NCBI RefSeq assembly: GCF_009617975.1
Contig: NZ_CP040089.1
Span: 540,001 to 572,000 of the forward strand
Direction: 5' to 3'
DNA: 32,000 bases
From: Candidatus Nanohalobium constans
GTDB lineage: Archaea; Nanohalarchaeota; Nanosalinia; Nanosalinales; Nanosalinaceae
In this document: positions 1-7,689 of the stretch, in pieces
Layout: every line of letters begins with the position of its first letter
Numbering within the stretch: the first letter of the stretch is position 1
Made by a program: the position numbers and the translations under genes
Notes under the pieces: generated by a model
Database searches by the model: none
The model's input: the letters and a program-made list of their open reading frames with translations, nothing else
Told to the model about the DNA's origin: nothing

Positions 1-450
1 TATAGTATCTGCGACATTCTGTGCTGCTTCATGCAGCGGTTTTTCATCTTCGAGTTGTTCTTCGAGAAGGTGTGGTATTACTTCTGTATCTGTTTCGGAC
101 TTGAATTCGTGTCCTCTGTTTTCTAGTTTTTCTTTGAGTTCCTCGTAGTTGTTTATTATTCCGTTGTGGACTACTGCGATGTCTCCTGTACAGTCTCTGT
201 GTGGGTGTGCGTTTGTGTCGTTTACTCCACCGTGTGTGGCCCATCTTGTGTGTCCTACTCCGGATGTGCCGTCTTTTTTCTCTGGTGATACATCGTCGAT
301 TGTTCCTTCTCCTTTTTCTACTTTAACTGTCGGGTTTCCTGCTGTGGCGATACCTGCTGAGTCGTAGCCACGGTATTCAAGTTTCTTCAGTCCTCTGTAT
401 ACTATCTCGGACGCTTTTCTGTCTCCATTGTATCCGACAATTCCGCACAT
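1..450 (-). CDS. glmS: Glutamine--fructose-6-phosphate aminotransferase, N-terminal part (gene runs off the left edge)
   Basis: Own translation of the minus strand from ATG at 450-448: [35 protein letters not shown]...[21 protein letters not shown]...[13 protein letters not shown]. Cys nucleophile directly after Met plus class-II amidotransferase motifs. Frame stays open to position 1. Absent from the ORF track because no stop lies inside the window. Confidence 0.9.
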   Translation of the reverse strand, partial: MCGIVGYNGDRKASEIVYRGLKKLEYRGYDSAGIATAGNPTVKVEKGEGTIDDVSPEKKDGTSGVGHTRWATHGGVNDTNAHPHRDCTGDIAVVHNGIINNYEELKEKLENRGHEFKSETDTEVIPHLLEEQLEDEKPLHEAAQNVADTI

Positions 451-589
451 AACAATCATCTATGAGGAGTCCAATCTGTTTAAAAACCTGAAGTAGTATA
501 GAAAACTGGTGAAAAAAGTTTTTGACTGCTACCTGTTTTCCTGACACGGAGCCCTTCACAGCAGTTCTCAGCGAGACATTCCAAAGGAA

Positions 590-597
590 TTTATAAA
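590..597 (+). promoter_or_regulatory. TATA-like box (TTTATAAA) upstream of the wHTH operon; implies a leaderless or near-leaderless mRNA
   Basis: TTTATAAA lies 22-29 nt upstream of ATG 619, the spacing expected between an archaeal TATA box and the transcription start. A mirror TTTTTAAA on the minus strand around 478-486 could serve glmS. Confidence 0.4.
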
Positions 598-618
598 TCC
601 AGTCAAAAATATTTGACA

Positions 619-1536
619 ATGGTTGATTTTGTCCGAGACGAAAACCTGATAGAAGCTGGAGAGCTGACGGAGAAAGAGCTCGAAGCACTTAACTCAGAGA
701 TCAGGGTTGAAGTACTCCGGAACCTCAGCGAGAAACCTTCTTATCCTTCAGCGCTTTCAGACAGCTTCGACTGCAGTAAACAGAAGATGTACTACCACTT
801 CGAGAAACTGGAAGACGCAGGTCTGATAGAGGTTGAAAGAAAAGAGGAGAAATCCGGGGGAGAAGCAACATACTACAGGCCAACACAGAAAGGATTCGTA
901 CTGGACCTCGGCGGAAAAGGAGAAAGTTTCCCCATGCCAGAACACAGTGAAGAAGTATCCAGCTTCTTGAAACCATTAATCAAAGACTCAGAGCTGAATG
1001 GTTCTATCGTAGTTGGCTCAGCAGAGCAGCACGGACCAGACCAGGTACAGGCACTGGACGGACATCTAGCCGGAGAGATAGCGTTCAAACTTGGAAACTA
1101 CTCCAGGACAGAAAACCCGGTTGTCAAGCTTGATACAGAGGTAGTAGGGGAAGAGGACTGGGAGGAGAACATGTTGATACTGGGAGGCGTGCTGACGAAT
1201 GTGGTTGCCAAAGAGTTCAACGAAAGCTTTCCTGCCTTCTTCCCAAGCGAGGAATTTCCTTACAGAAAGCTGGAGACTCCTGAGGACAGCTACAGTGATG
1301 GAGGGATCGGTGTGATTGCTAAGACATCCAATCCTGAGGACAGGGAGAAGAAGATATTTCTGGTAGCTGGAGTGCAGAATAAAGGGACTAAAGCCGCTGT
1401 CAAGGCGTTCCAGGATCTTGAAGAAGTTGTTGAAGACTATTCAGCAGGCCAGTTCTACGCCGTGGTCAGAGGATTGGATTTAAACAGCGACGGCGAGATA
1501 GATAGTTACAAGGTGATCGAAACCAGTGAACAGTGA
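619..1536 (+). CDS. Winged-helix (ArsR-like) DNA-binding protein with uncharacterised C-terminal domain
   Basis: ORF 613-1536 (TTG at 613; first ATG at 619). The N-terminus (IRVEVLRNLSEKPSYPSALSDSFDCSKQKMYYHFEKLEDAGLIEVERKEE...YYRPT) has the ArsR/wHTH pattern. The C-terminal ~200 aa has no motif I can name. Confidence 0.7.
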   Translation: MVDFVRDENLIEAGELTEKELEALNSEIRVEVLRNLSEKPSYPSALSDSFDCSKQKMYYHFEKLEDAGLIEVERKEEKSGGEATYYRPTQKGFVLDLGGKGESFPMPEHSEEVSSFLKPLIKDSELNGSIVVGSAEQHGPDQVQALDGHLAGEIAFKLGNYSRTENPVVKLDTEVVGEEDWEENMLILGGVLTNVVAKEFNESFPAFFPSEEFPYRKLETPEDSYSDGGIGVIAKTSNPEDREKKIFLVAGVQNKGTKAAVKAFQDLEEVVEDYSAGQFYAVVRGLDLNSDGEIDSYKVIETSEQ

Positions 1537-1547
1537 GGCAGATAGAA

Positions 1548-2756
1548 ATGGGTAGAGACTGGAAGGTATTTCAGACCGATGTCCTTGACCTTCTCAGACA
1601 GTACGAAGGATACATGGACTTCTTCGAGAGAGTGGGCAGTCTCAGCGACAACTCACGACCAGACGCATTCGCCAGGATCACCAGGAAAGACAAGAAAGAA
1701 ATATGGATATTGGATGCCAAGAACAAAAGCGAGATTGGGGAAGAAGACGAGAAAAGGATGAAGAAATACATCGAACAGATCAAATCCAACCCTGTCGATG
1801 TCGGATTAGAACTATCAGAACTTACCGATCACGAAGTTAAGGGCATCTTTATCACTCCAGGAAAAGCTGAGAGCCAGTACGAAACAGTAGAGTTCAAAGG
1901 ACTCCACCAGTTCCTGCAAAAAGAACTAATCTATACTGACACTGATAAAATCGTCCGAGATGTCGCGAAGATGGTGAAGAGAAAGAAACTGAGCCAGAGC
2001 CAAGCCCGACTCCTACATCAGTCTCTTGGACCTTTCAGGAAAAGACTGGAAAAGGTAAGGGAAGATCTTTCCCGGCTAGAATCAGACTTCGTCGGACTGA
2101 AGCTCTATACACCACCATTCGATAATCTCAGCTTTTCTCCACCTGCGGATGCCGTCATGAAGCATTCGGAGCGGAATCAGGTTTTCCTTATTGATATTCC
2201 TTACTCGCCTGAGGAGGCGGAAAAGGCAGAGGAACGAGCGGAAGATGTAGAGAAGTATATTGACGGAGAAGGATACTATGTATCACTGCACAACTTCGAT
2301 GTAGACTCAAGGTTTGCATGCCCACCTAAACAGTTCAAGGAACGAGTTCAGGAGGTTCTTGGAGTTGTATCTCCTGAGACGATGGCAGAAGTATTTATGC
2401 CAAAATTTGAGGTAGAGAAGAAGTACAGAGACGGTTTTATCGAATTGGTTTCCGACGAACTTGGTTTCAAGATGCGTGTTTCATCCGAAGACGATGTTAA
2501 CCACAGGGTTGAAGCATTTTTGAATGACGATGCCGTTTCCCGAATCAAGGATAGGAGTGTGAACAGTCGGAAAGAGTTCGGAGAGTTCCATGGCGACAAA
2601 TGGGTTCAAGATTTAAGTGTTGAAGAAGATTTGACAGTCAATTACGGTAATTCTGAGAGTTTGGAAAGCTACAAGCAGAGTGTGAAAAATATTTTCCACG
2701 CAGCCGTAAACCCTGTCTACAGCAAGAAAATCGCCCGTAAAACACAACAAAAATGA
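1548..2756 (+). CDS. Restriction-endonuclease-fold (PD-(D/E)xK, Mrr-cat-like) N-terminal domain protein with long unknown C-terminal region
   Basis: ORF 1533-2756. GTG 1533 overlaps the upstream stop as GTGA; ATG 1548 has GAGG 9 nt upstream. N-terminus: WKVFQTDVLDLLRQYEGY...RPDAFARI...KEIWILDAKNK, i.e. D...(D/E)xK with the spacing of Mrr-type nuclease cores. The remaining ~280 aa is not recognisable. Confidence 0.6.
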   Translation: MGRDWKVFQTDVLDLLRQYEGYMDFFERVGSLSDNSRPDAFARITRKDKKEIWILDAKNKSEIGEEDEKRMKKYIEQIKSNPVDVGLELSELTDHEVKGIFITPGKAESQYETVEFKGLHQFLQKELIYTDTDKIVRDVAKMVKRKKLSQSQARLLHQSLGPFRKRLEKVREDLSRLESDFVGLKLYTPPFDNLSFSPPADAVMKHSERNQVFLIDIPYSPEEAEKAEERAEDVEKYIDGEGYYVSLHNFDVDSRFACPPKQFKERVQEVLGVVSPETMAEVFMPKFEVEKKYRDGFIELVSDELGFKMRVSSEDDVNHRVEAFLNDDAVSRIKDRSVNSRKEFGEFHGDKWVQDLSVEEDLTVNYGNSESLESYKQSVKNIFHAAVNPVYSKKIARKTQQK

Positions 2757-3178
2757 ACAAAGAAGACTACATCGAGAAAAACCAGCTGGAAAATGTGATC
2801 CAGGAAATAGAGAAGACAGTAGACTCTATAATCGTAGAAGGCTGGGACGACAAGAAGATGATCCAGAAACTTGGCTTCGAAGGCAAAATCTTTATGTCGG
2901 CCGAAAAAACAGTTGAAGATCTGGTTGAAGATGTCTCAAGAGGATCGGAGAGAACAGCTGTTCTCACAGACTTCGATTCTCACGGAGAGGAAGCGTCCAA
3001 GGAAATTTCTAGGGAACTGGATAAAGAGATTGATGTAATAAGATCTGCAAGGCAGAAATTCGGGGCACAACTTACATCCACAGACAGGAGAGCTGTGGAG
3101 GATATCAGACCGCTTTTCGATGATAAAGAGGAGAAGTTTGTGGAGGCAGCGATGGACCAGCTCTTCTTTAACCCGTGA
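2753..3178 (+). CDS. Small Toprim-domain protein (RNase M5 / small primase-like family)
   Basis: ATG overlaps the upstream stop (ATGA at 2753-2756). Toprim signature: conserved Glu in IIVEGWDDKKMIQKLG and the DxD block AVLTDFDSHGEE. The 141-aa size fits the stand-alone Toprim proteins of archaea. Confidence 0.75.
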   Translation: MNKEDYIEKNQLENVIQEIEKTVDSIIVEGWDDKKMIQKLGFEGKIFMSAEKTVEDLVEDVSRGSERTAVLTDFDSHGEEASKEISRELDKEIDVIRSARQKFGAQLTSTDRRAVEDIRPLFDDKEEKFVEAAMDQLFFNP

Positions 3179-3211
3179 ATTCTAAGAGATTAACTGTTCT
3201 GAGTAATTTAT

Positions 3212-3862
3212 ATGCTGAAGGATGATGAGCTGGAGGAGTTGAAGTCTAGGTTAAATCAGGTTTTCTCAGGTTACAGCGAACTTGCAGGCGGTAAGAACTA
3301 CCGATACCAACACCTGACAACTACTCATAAAATGGTCTTGAACTTGGAAGAAGAACTGGATGTGGATGTTGACCAGAAAATTCTGGAGATCGCGGCTTTG
3401 TACCATGACATCGGCAGATCCAAGGATATTGAGGAAGGTGAGATGGATCCATTTGAAGGACATGAGGGTCACGATGAGAGAGGTGCAAAGATCGTCGGAG
3501 AATATGTCTCAGAGTTTGTGACCAAAGATCAACTTGAGAAAATCAGGGAAATTATCCGGAACCACCACTCAGAAGCAGAACATGTAGAAGGAGAGATAGT
3601 TCAAGACGCCGATAAACTATCAAACTTTGGTGTCAGCAATCTCTGGCGGCAGATACATTACGCAGCACAACACGAGAGAAGCTTCAAAGAAAGTCTGGAC
3701 TACTTCTGGAACACTGCAGTTGACGAATACCAGGAACAGATAGTAGAAATGCACTTTGAGCATACAAAGAAAGTTGCAGAGGAAAGACTGGAGAAGCAGA
3801 AACAAGTAATTCAGCGAATGGAGAAAGAGGTTGACGGCGAAGATATTTTAGAAATCAGTTAA
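3212..3862 (+). CDS. HD-domain metal-dependent phosphohydrolase
   Basis: LEIAALYHDIGR (H...HD), NHHSE and QDADKLSN motifs in the order typical of the HD superfamily. Confidence 0.8.
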   Translation: MLKDDELEELKSRLNQVFSGYSELAGGKNYRYQHLTTTHKMVLNLEEELDVDVDQKILEIAALYHDIGRSKDIEEGEMDPFEGHEGHDERGAKIVGEYVSEFVTKDQLEKIREIIRNHHSEAEHVEGEIVQDADKLSNFGVSNLWRQIHYAAQHERSFKESLDYFWNTAVDEYQEQIVEMHFEHTKKVAEERLEKQKQVIQRMEKEVDGEDILEIS

Positions 3863-4597
3863 AGACTGATTTATATCAGGATTGTATCCTTGAGATTTTA
3901 GCAGGGCTTCATAGTGTTCAGCTTTCTCTTCAGGATATACTGAGACTACATTCTCTAAGTCAATTTCATCTGTAAGAGTATCTGAGTGGTTTCCATACCC
4001 GAGTCGAGCTTCATGTACTTCTATTTCGAAGACAACACCTTCACCATCAAGATAGAATCTCATCTCCCTATGATCTTCATTTGTATAAATTACAGGAGTT
4101 ACACCAATTTTTTCCCGTAATCTTGAATTGATATTGGGCTTGATCTTTCCATCCCTTATTATTTCTTCAGCTTCCTGCGGTGTTTTAGCGGCATGGTAAA
4201 CTGTCACAAAGTTATCTGGATCAGTGTAGAGAGATATGTTATAATCACCAAACTCTTCAACCAGCTCAGTCCTGTATTCTGCGTGTATTCTGGGAAAAGG
4301 CATTATTCTTCTAAGAACACTCCTCTTTTTTTCTCCTAGGACTCCAGGAATAGTTCTTCTCTCTAGATCGCGTTTTGCCTTATACGCAAATCCTTTTTCC
4401 AGGCTAATATGATTTCTTTCACCATCAATTTCAATGCCTTTTCCATCAGGAAAGTTCTCAGTTAGCTTGACCAGTCTCGGATCCTCAAGCTGCTGAAATA
4501 CCTTATCAGCAGGCAAAGTCTCTCCATTCAAAAGATCCTGTATTACTTCTCCCTCCATAGACTCAACAAGCTCAAAAAACTTTGAATAAATATCCAA
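3848..4597 (-). CDS. Hypothetical protein with C-terminal PIP-box-like tail (NQSLTDF*)
   Basis: ORF 3848-4597 (TTG at 4597; alternative ATG at 4558). No family recognised. The last residues ...PDINQSLTDF share the pentapeptide SLTDF with the gene immediately upstream. Its 3' end overlaps the HD gene by 15 nt (convergent). Confidence 0.6.
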   Translation of the reverse strand: MDIYSKFFELVESMEGEVIQDLLNGETLPADKVFQQLEDPRLVKLTENFPDGKGIEIDGERNHISLEKGFAYKAKRDLERRTIPGVLGEKKRSVLRRIMPFPRIHAEYRTELVEEFGDYNISLYTDPDNFVTVYHAAKTPQEAEEIIRDGKIKPNINSRLREKIGVTPVIYTNEDHREMRFYLDGEGVVFEIEVHEARLGYGNHSDTLTDEIDLENVVSVYPEEKAEHYEALLKSQGYNPDINQSLTDF

Positions 4598-4610
4598 TTT
4601 TTTAACCGAG

Positions 4611-5573
4611 CTAGAAATCAGTAAGAGAGCTCTGATTCTGTTTCAATGCTCGTGCGTTGAATCCTTTCTCTCTTTTGAGGTATGATGCGAATTCTTCATC
4701 AAATCCGTGCTGTACATACACTTTTTCCGGGTCAACTTCTTCTACTAGCTTGACTAGACCGTCAAAGTCGCAGTGATCGGATAACTGAAATGTTTCGTCG
4801 TAGCCGCCGCGATACTTGAATGAGTCTGTGGTCGCCCAGCCAGAGAATCCTGCTTTAACGGCTCCAGTCTTGTCTACAAGTTTTTCTACCCAGTCACTTT
4901 GGGAAGTGTTTGAAGGTGCTACAAGTATTCCGTTGTCTTCCATCAGCTCCTTGTTTTCGCCGTATGGAATGGCTCTGAACTCTTTTTCCGCGGATTCCTC
5001 TACGACATCGTTCATGTTTTTGACGGAGCCATGTGCCAGTATCGGTCTTTCAGTTGCCTGTTCTGCTAGTTTCTGAATCTTCTGAGCTTTTCCCAACGAA
5101 TAGCCAAATAGAATCAGCGGAGAACCTTCATTCTGGATAAAGTCTTTGATCCTGTTTTCTATTACTCTCTGCTCTGGGAAGCGATATGCTGGTATGCCAT
5201 AAGTTGATTCTACTACGAGTATGTCAGCTGAAACTGGATTGAAACCGTCTAAGTACACTCTGTCTCTTAGGGAGACATCTCCTGTGTATAGAACGCTTTT
5301 TTCTCCTTTGATTTTTGCGGCTGAGCTCCCTAGTATGTGACCGGAGTTGTATAATTCAACTCTGTCATGTTCTGTTCTCTTGACTTCTTTACCGGCTCTG
5401 GCACCTGCAAGCTTAGCAGTTAGTTCTGAACAAACTACTTCTGAGTCGCTGAGGTGCATGTGGTCGAAGTGGGCGTGACTGACAAGGTTGATGTCGCCCT
5501 GACTGTTTCTGGAGTCGGCAACTACCTTCTCTTCTCCTTGTATATGGATGCCGTCTTTCTCCGTTATCTTCAC
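4611..5573 (-). CDS. Beta-CASP metallo-beta-lactamase-fold nuclease with C-terminal PIP-box-like tail (QSSLTDF*)
   Basis: GTG start at 5573. Motifs: LVSHAHFDHMH (HxHxDH), LVVESTYG, FSGWA, and LSDHCDFDGL...VYVQHG (beta-CASP motifs B/C). The 320-aa size resembles the short ligase-associated/SNM1-like exonucleases rather than CPSF73 or RNase J. Confidence 0.8.
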   Translation of the reverse strand: MKITEKDGIHIQGEEKVVADSRNSQGDINLVSHAHFDHMHLSDSEVVCSELTAKLAGARAGKEVKRTEHDRVELYNSGHILGSSAAKIKGEKSVLYTGDVSLRDRVYLDGFNPVSADILVVESTYGIPAYRFPEQRVIENRIKDFIQNEGSPLILFGYSLGKAQKIQKLAEQATERPILAHGSVKNMNDVVEESAEKEFRAIPYGENKELMEDNGILVAPSNTSQSDWVEKLVDKTGAVKAGFSGWATTDSFKYRGGYDETFQLSDHCDFDGLVKLVEEVDPEKVYVQHGFDEEFASYLKREKGFNARALKQNQSSLTDF

Positions 5574-5655
5574 ACCTATGCAGAGACGGCAGATTTTAAA
5601 TCGGTAACCTCAGTTCAGAGGGTTTTGAAATAACTAATTCCCTGAGTCGGTTATC

Positions 5656-6864
5656 ATGAGTGATTCAAAAGTTATTCGAACGCTTTTCCTGACGATTATT
5701 GCCGAGGTGATCAGCTTTGGGGTGCTGATTCCGATTGCACCGCTGTTGTTTACTGAGCCTGGCTCGACTTTCTATATGCTTTCAGAGGGAGTATCAATCC
5801 AGATCGGTTATGTTTTGCTGGGTCTTCTTATCGGGCTTTATCCGTTAGGTCAGTTCTTCGCTACTCCGATCCTGGGTGAGATCAGTGATATTTATGGCAG
5901 GAAAAAAGTGATTCAGGTATCCGTCTTTGGCACAGTTATCTCTTCAATAGTCTTTGGACTGGGCATAATGTTCAACAGTATCGCTGTATTGTTCGCTTCC
6001 AGAGTTCTCAATGGTTTGACAGGAGGATTGGTCTCAGTTTCACAGGCAACGATCGCAGACATAACAGAGGACGACAAAAAGTCGAAAAACTTTGGAATAA
6101 TTGGCATGGCATTCGGAATAGGATTTATCTTCGGACCTTTCCTCGGAGGATTCCTCTCATCCGACTTTCTACATTTTTTCTCAGTTACAACACCTTTCTG
6201 GTTTGCAGCAGCCGTCTCAACCATCTCCCTACTTTATGTGACGAAATCGCTGCATGAAACAAGTCCAATGGAAGACAAGAAGATCAACTGGAAGAAACCT
6301 TTCACTCAGTTAAAGAAAGGATGGGGGCTGCCAGGCTTGAAGAAACTGTTTACTGCCAACTTCTTCTACTTCTCCGGGTTCGCCTTCTTCACAACATTCA
6401 TTCCCGTCTACCTGGTCAAAAACTTTGGATTCAGCCAGTTCCAGACCGGCAACTTCTTCCTATACATTGGTATACTGTTGATAATCGGTCAGGGATACAT
6501 AGTGCCGAAACTGTTTTCCAGGTTCGAAGAAGAGAATGTTATGCCTTTTACACTGTTCCTGACAGGACTCTTCATCTTCCTCCAGCCAGTACCACAGAGC
6601 ATCGCTGTTTTCCTGGCAGTTGTAACGCTTTTCCAGTTTAACAACTCTGTAACACAGATCAGTCTGAACACGCTTGTCTCAAACAAGGCAGCCGACAAAG
6701 ACCAGGGATTAGCGCTTGGAACCAATCAAAGCGTTCGTGCACTCGGAAACGCAGTACCCAGCATGCTATCAGGGATCGCCGCTGCCATCGCAACACCTGC
6801 ATTCCCGCTTACACTTGCAGGTCTGACAGTAATGGCAACAGCGGCAGGTTATTGGAAGCTCTGA
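5656..6864 (+). CDS. MFS transporter (drug:H+ antiporter-like)
   Basis: About 12 predicted hydrophobic segments. MFS motif A between TM2 and TM3: GEISDIYGRKKV. Confidence 0.85.
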   Translation: MSDSKVIRTLFLTIIAEVISFGVLIPIAPLLFTEPGSTFYMLSEGVSIQIGYVLLGLLIGLYPLGQFFATPILGEISDIYGRKKVIQVSVFGTVISSIVFGLGIMFNSIAVLFASRVLNGLTGGLVSVSQATIADITEDDKKSKNFGIIGMAFGIGFIFGPFLGGFLSSDFLHFFSVTTPFWFAAAVSTISLLYVTKSLHETSPMEDKKINWKKPFTQLKKGWGLPGLKKLFTANFFYFSGFAFFTTFIPVYLVKNFGFSQFQTGNFFLYIGILLIIGQGYIVPKLFSRFEEENVMPFTLFLTGLFIFLQPVPQSIAVFLAVVTLFQFNNSVTQISLNTLVSNKAADKDQGLALGTNQSVRALGNAVPSMLSGIAAAIATPAFPLTLAGLTVMATAAGYWKL

Positions 6865-6872
6865 CAAAGTGT

Positions 6873-6880
6873 AATATAAA
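6873..6880 (+). promoter_or_regulatory. TATA-like box (AATATAAA) for tRNA-Trp
   Basis: AT-rich octamer centred about 30 nt upstream of the first tRNA nucleotide (6907). Confidence 0.4.
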
Positions 6881-6906
6881 ACTGGTCGACCAAGTGGTAG
6901 AGTAAA

Positions 6907-7055
6907 GGGGTCGTAGCTCAATCTGGGAGAGCGACCGCCTCCAGAGAACCTTTACTGGAGGGATGAGAACCTTTTCGCGAGAAAGGGTTTGATGATTAAA
7001 GCCTCGCTTATTAGGAGTTAGCGGTAGGTTGCATGTTCAAATCATGCCGGCCCCA
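6907..7055 (+). tRNA. tRNA-Trp (anticodon CCA) with a 75-nt intron at 37/38
   Basis: Folded by hand. Acceptor GGGGUCG/CGGCCCC (one G-U); D arm GCUC/GAGC; anticodon stem ACCGC/GCGGU; loop CU-CCA-G; T arm GCAUG-UUCAAAU-CAUGC; discriminator A7055. BHB motif: central helix CUCC (6939-6942)/GGAG (7014-7017), flanked by 3-nt bulges AGA (6943-6945) and UUA (7018-7020). Oligo-T tracts follow at 7068-7073 and 7080-7086. Confidence 0.9.
6945..7019 (+). ncRNA. tRNA-Trp intron carrying C'/D'-box-like elements (possible cis-acting 2'-O-methylation guide for C34)
   Basis: UGAUGA (box C/C' consensus) at 6990-6995 and AUGA (a degenerate D' variant) at 6963-6966, separated by the hairpin AACCUUU-UCGCGAG-AAAGGGUU. 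The 7 nt CUGGAGG (6955-6961) just 5' of AUGA are complementary to exon CCUCCAG (6938-6944). G6958, the 5th nt upstream of AUGA, pairs with C6941 = C34. No canonical terminal box C / CUGA box D pair was found. Confidence 0.5.
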
Positions 7056-7111
7056 AGTTTTCCTGCGTTTTTTGGGAAGTTTTTTATTGAGAGAAGTTGT
7101 TAGTAGGGTTT

Positions 7112-7603
7112 ATGGATTTTCATAATTCGGTTGCGGTTTACAAGGTTTTCAGGAATATTTTTTTGGATGATGAGAGTAATAGTGTTCGGCTTGGAGTGGA
7201 GCATGGTTTTGATGATGAGCAGGCTGAGCAAATTATTTTAGGTGCTGTGGATGAGGGATACTTGGATGTGGTTAAGGATTCTGATCCGCGAGAATACACC
7301 GTTGATTTTGATAAGCTAGCTGAGCAGTGGAGTGTTCTCTGGGATGAGGAGTTGGATGAGGCTCCGGTTACTCCGCAGAATTTTGAGAGCTTTTTGAAAA
7401 GCTATATTAAGTCGTATTTCAGACATGAGAAGCATACTAGTCTGCGTGAGATGTTGGTTGAGGAGTTTTACCTGGGTTTGACTCGTTCGGAGAATCATGG
7501 TAAGCTTTCTAAGGATTTCCGGGAGCTTGAGGAAGAGCTTGGAGATTTTGATGGTAAGAGATCGCCTAGTGAGCACGTGGAGCACGGGTTGAGACATCGT
7601 TAG
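7112..7603 (+). CDS. Hypothetical acidic protein
   Basis: ORF 7097-7603 (TTG); first ATG at 7112 (MDFHNSV...). No recognisable motif. Confidence 0.55.
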   Translation: MDFHNSVAVYKVFRNIFLDDESNSVRLGVEHGFDDEQAEQIILGAVDEGYLDVVKDSDPREYTVDFDKLAEQWSVLWDEELDEAPVTPQNFESFLKSYIKSYFRHEKHTSLREMLVEEFYLGLTRSENHGKLSKDFRELEEELGDFDGKRSPSEHVEHGLRHR

Positions 7604-7689
7604 ACCCAAAAAGATTTGTTTATTTGCTCTGAGTCGGCTACGTATTCATCTAAGAAAGGATGGAAGGGAAGAGTTTTTTCCTGTAATTT

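Noticed and set aside
44-244. ORF-track entry beginning MGHTRW..., which looks like the Glm[12 protein letters not shown] motif
   Set aside because: It is in a different frame from the real glmS reading frame (450 to 1). The resemblance comes from the cacaca repeat. The rest of the ORF is Arg/Lys/Thr low-complexity. ORF 149-367 (+) is likewise a shadow of glmS.
3848-4597. DNA-ligase-like motifs in the 249-aa PIP-tailed protein (IEIDGER resembling KxDGxR; FYLDGEGVV resembling motif III)
   Set aside because: The catalytic Lys position is Glu. The spacing between the two motifs (~135 aa) is wrong for nucleotidyltransferases, and motifs IV and V are absent.
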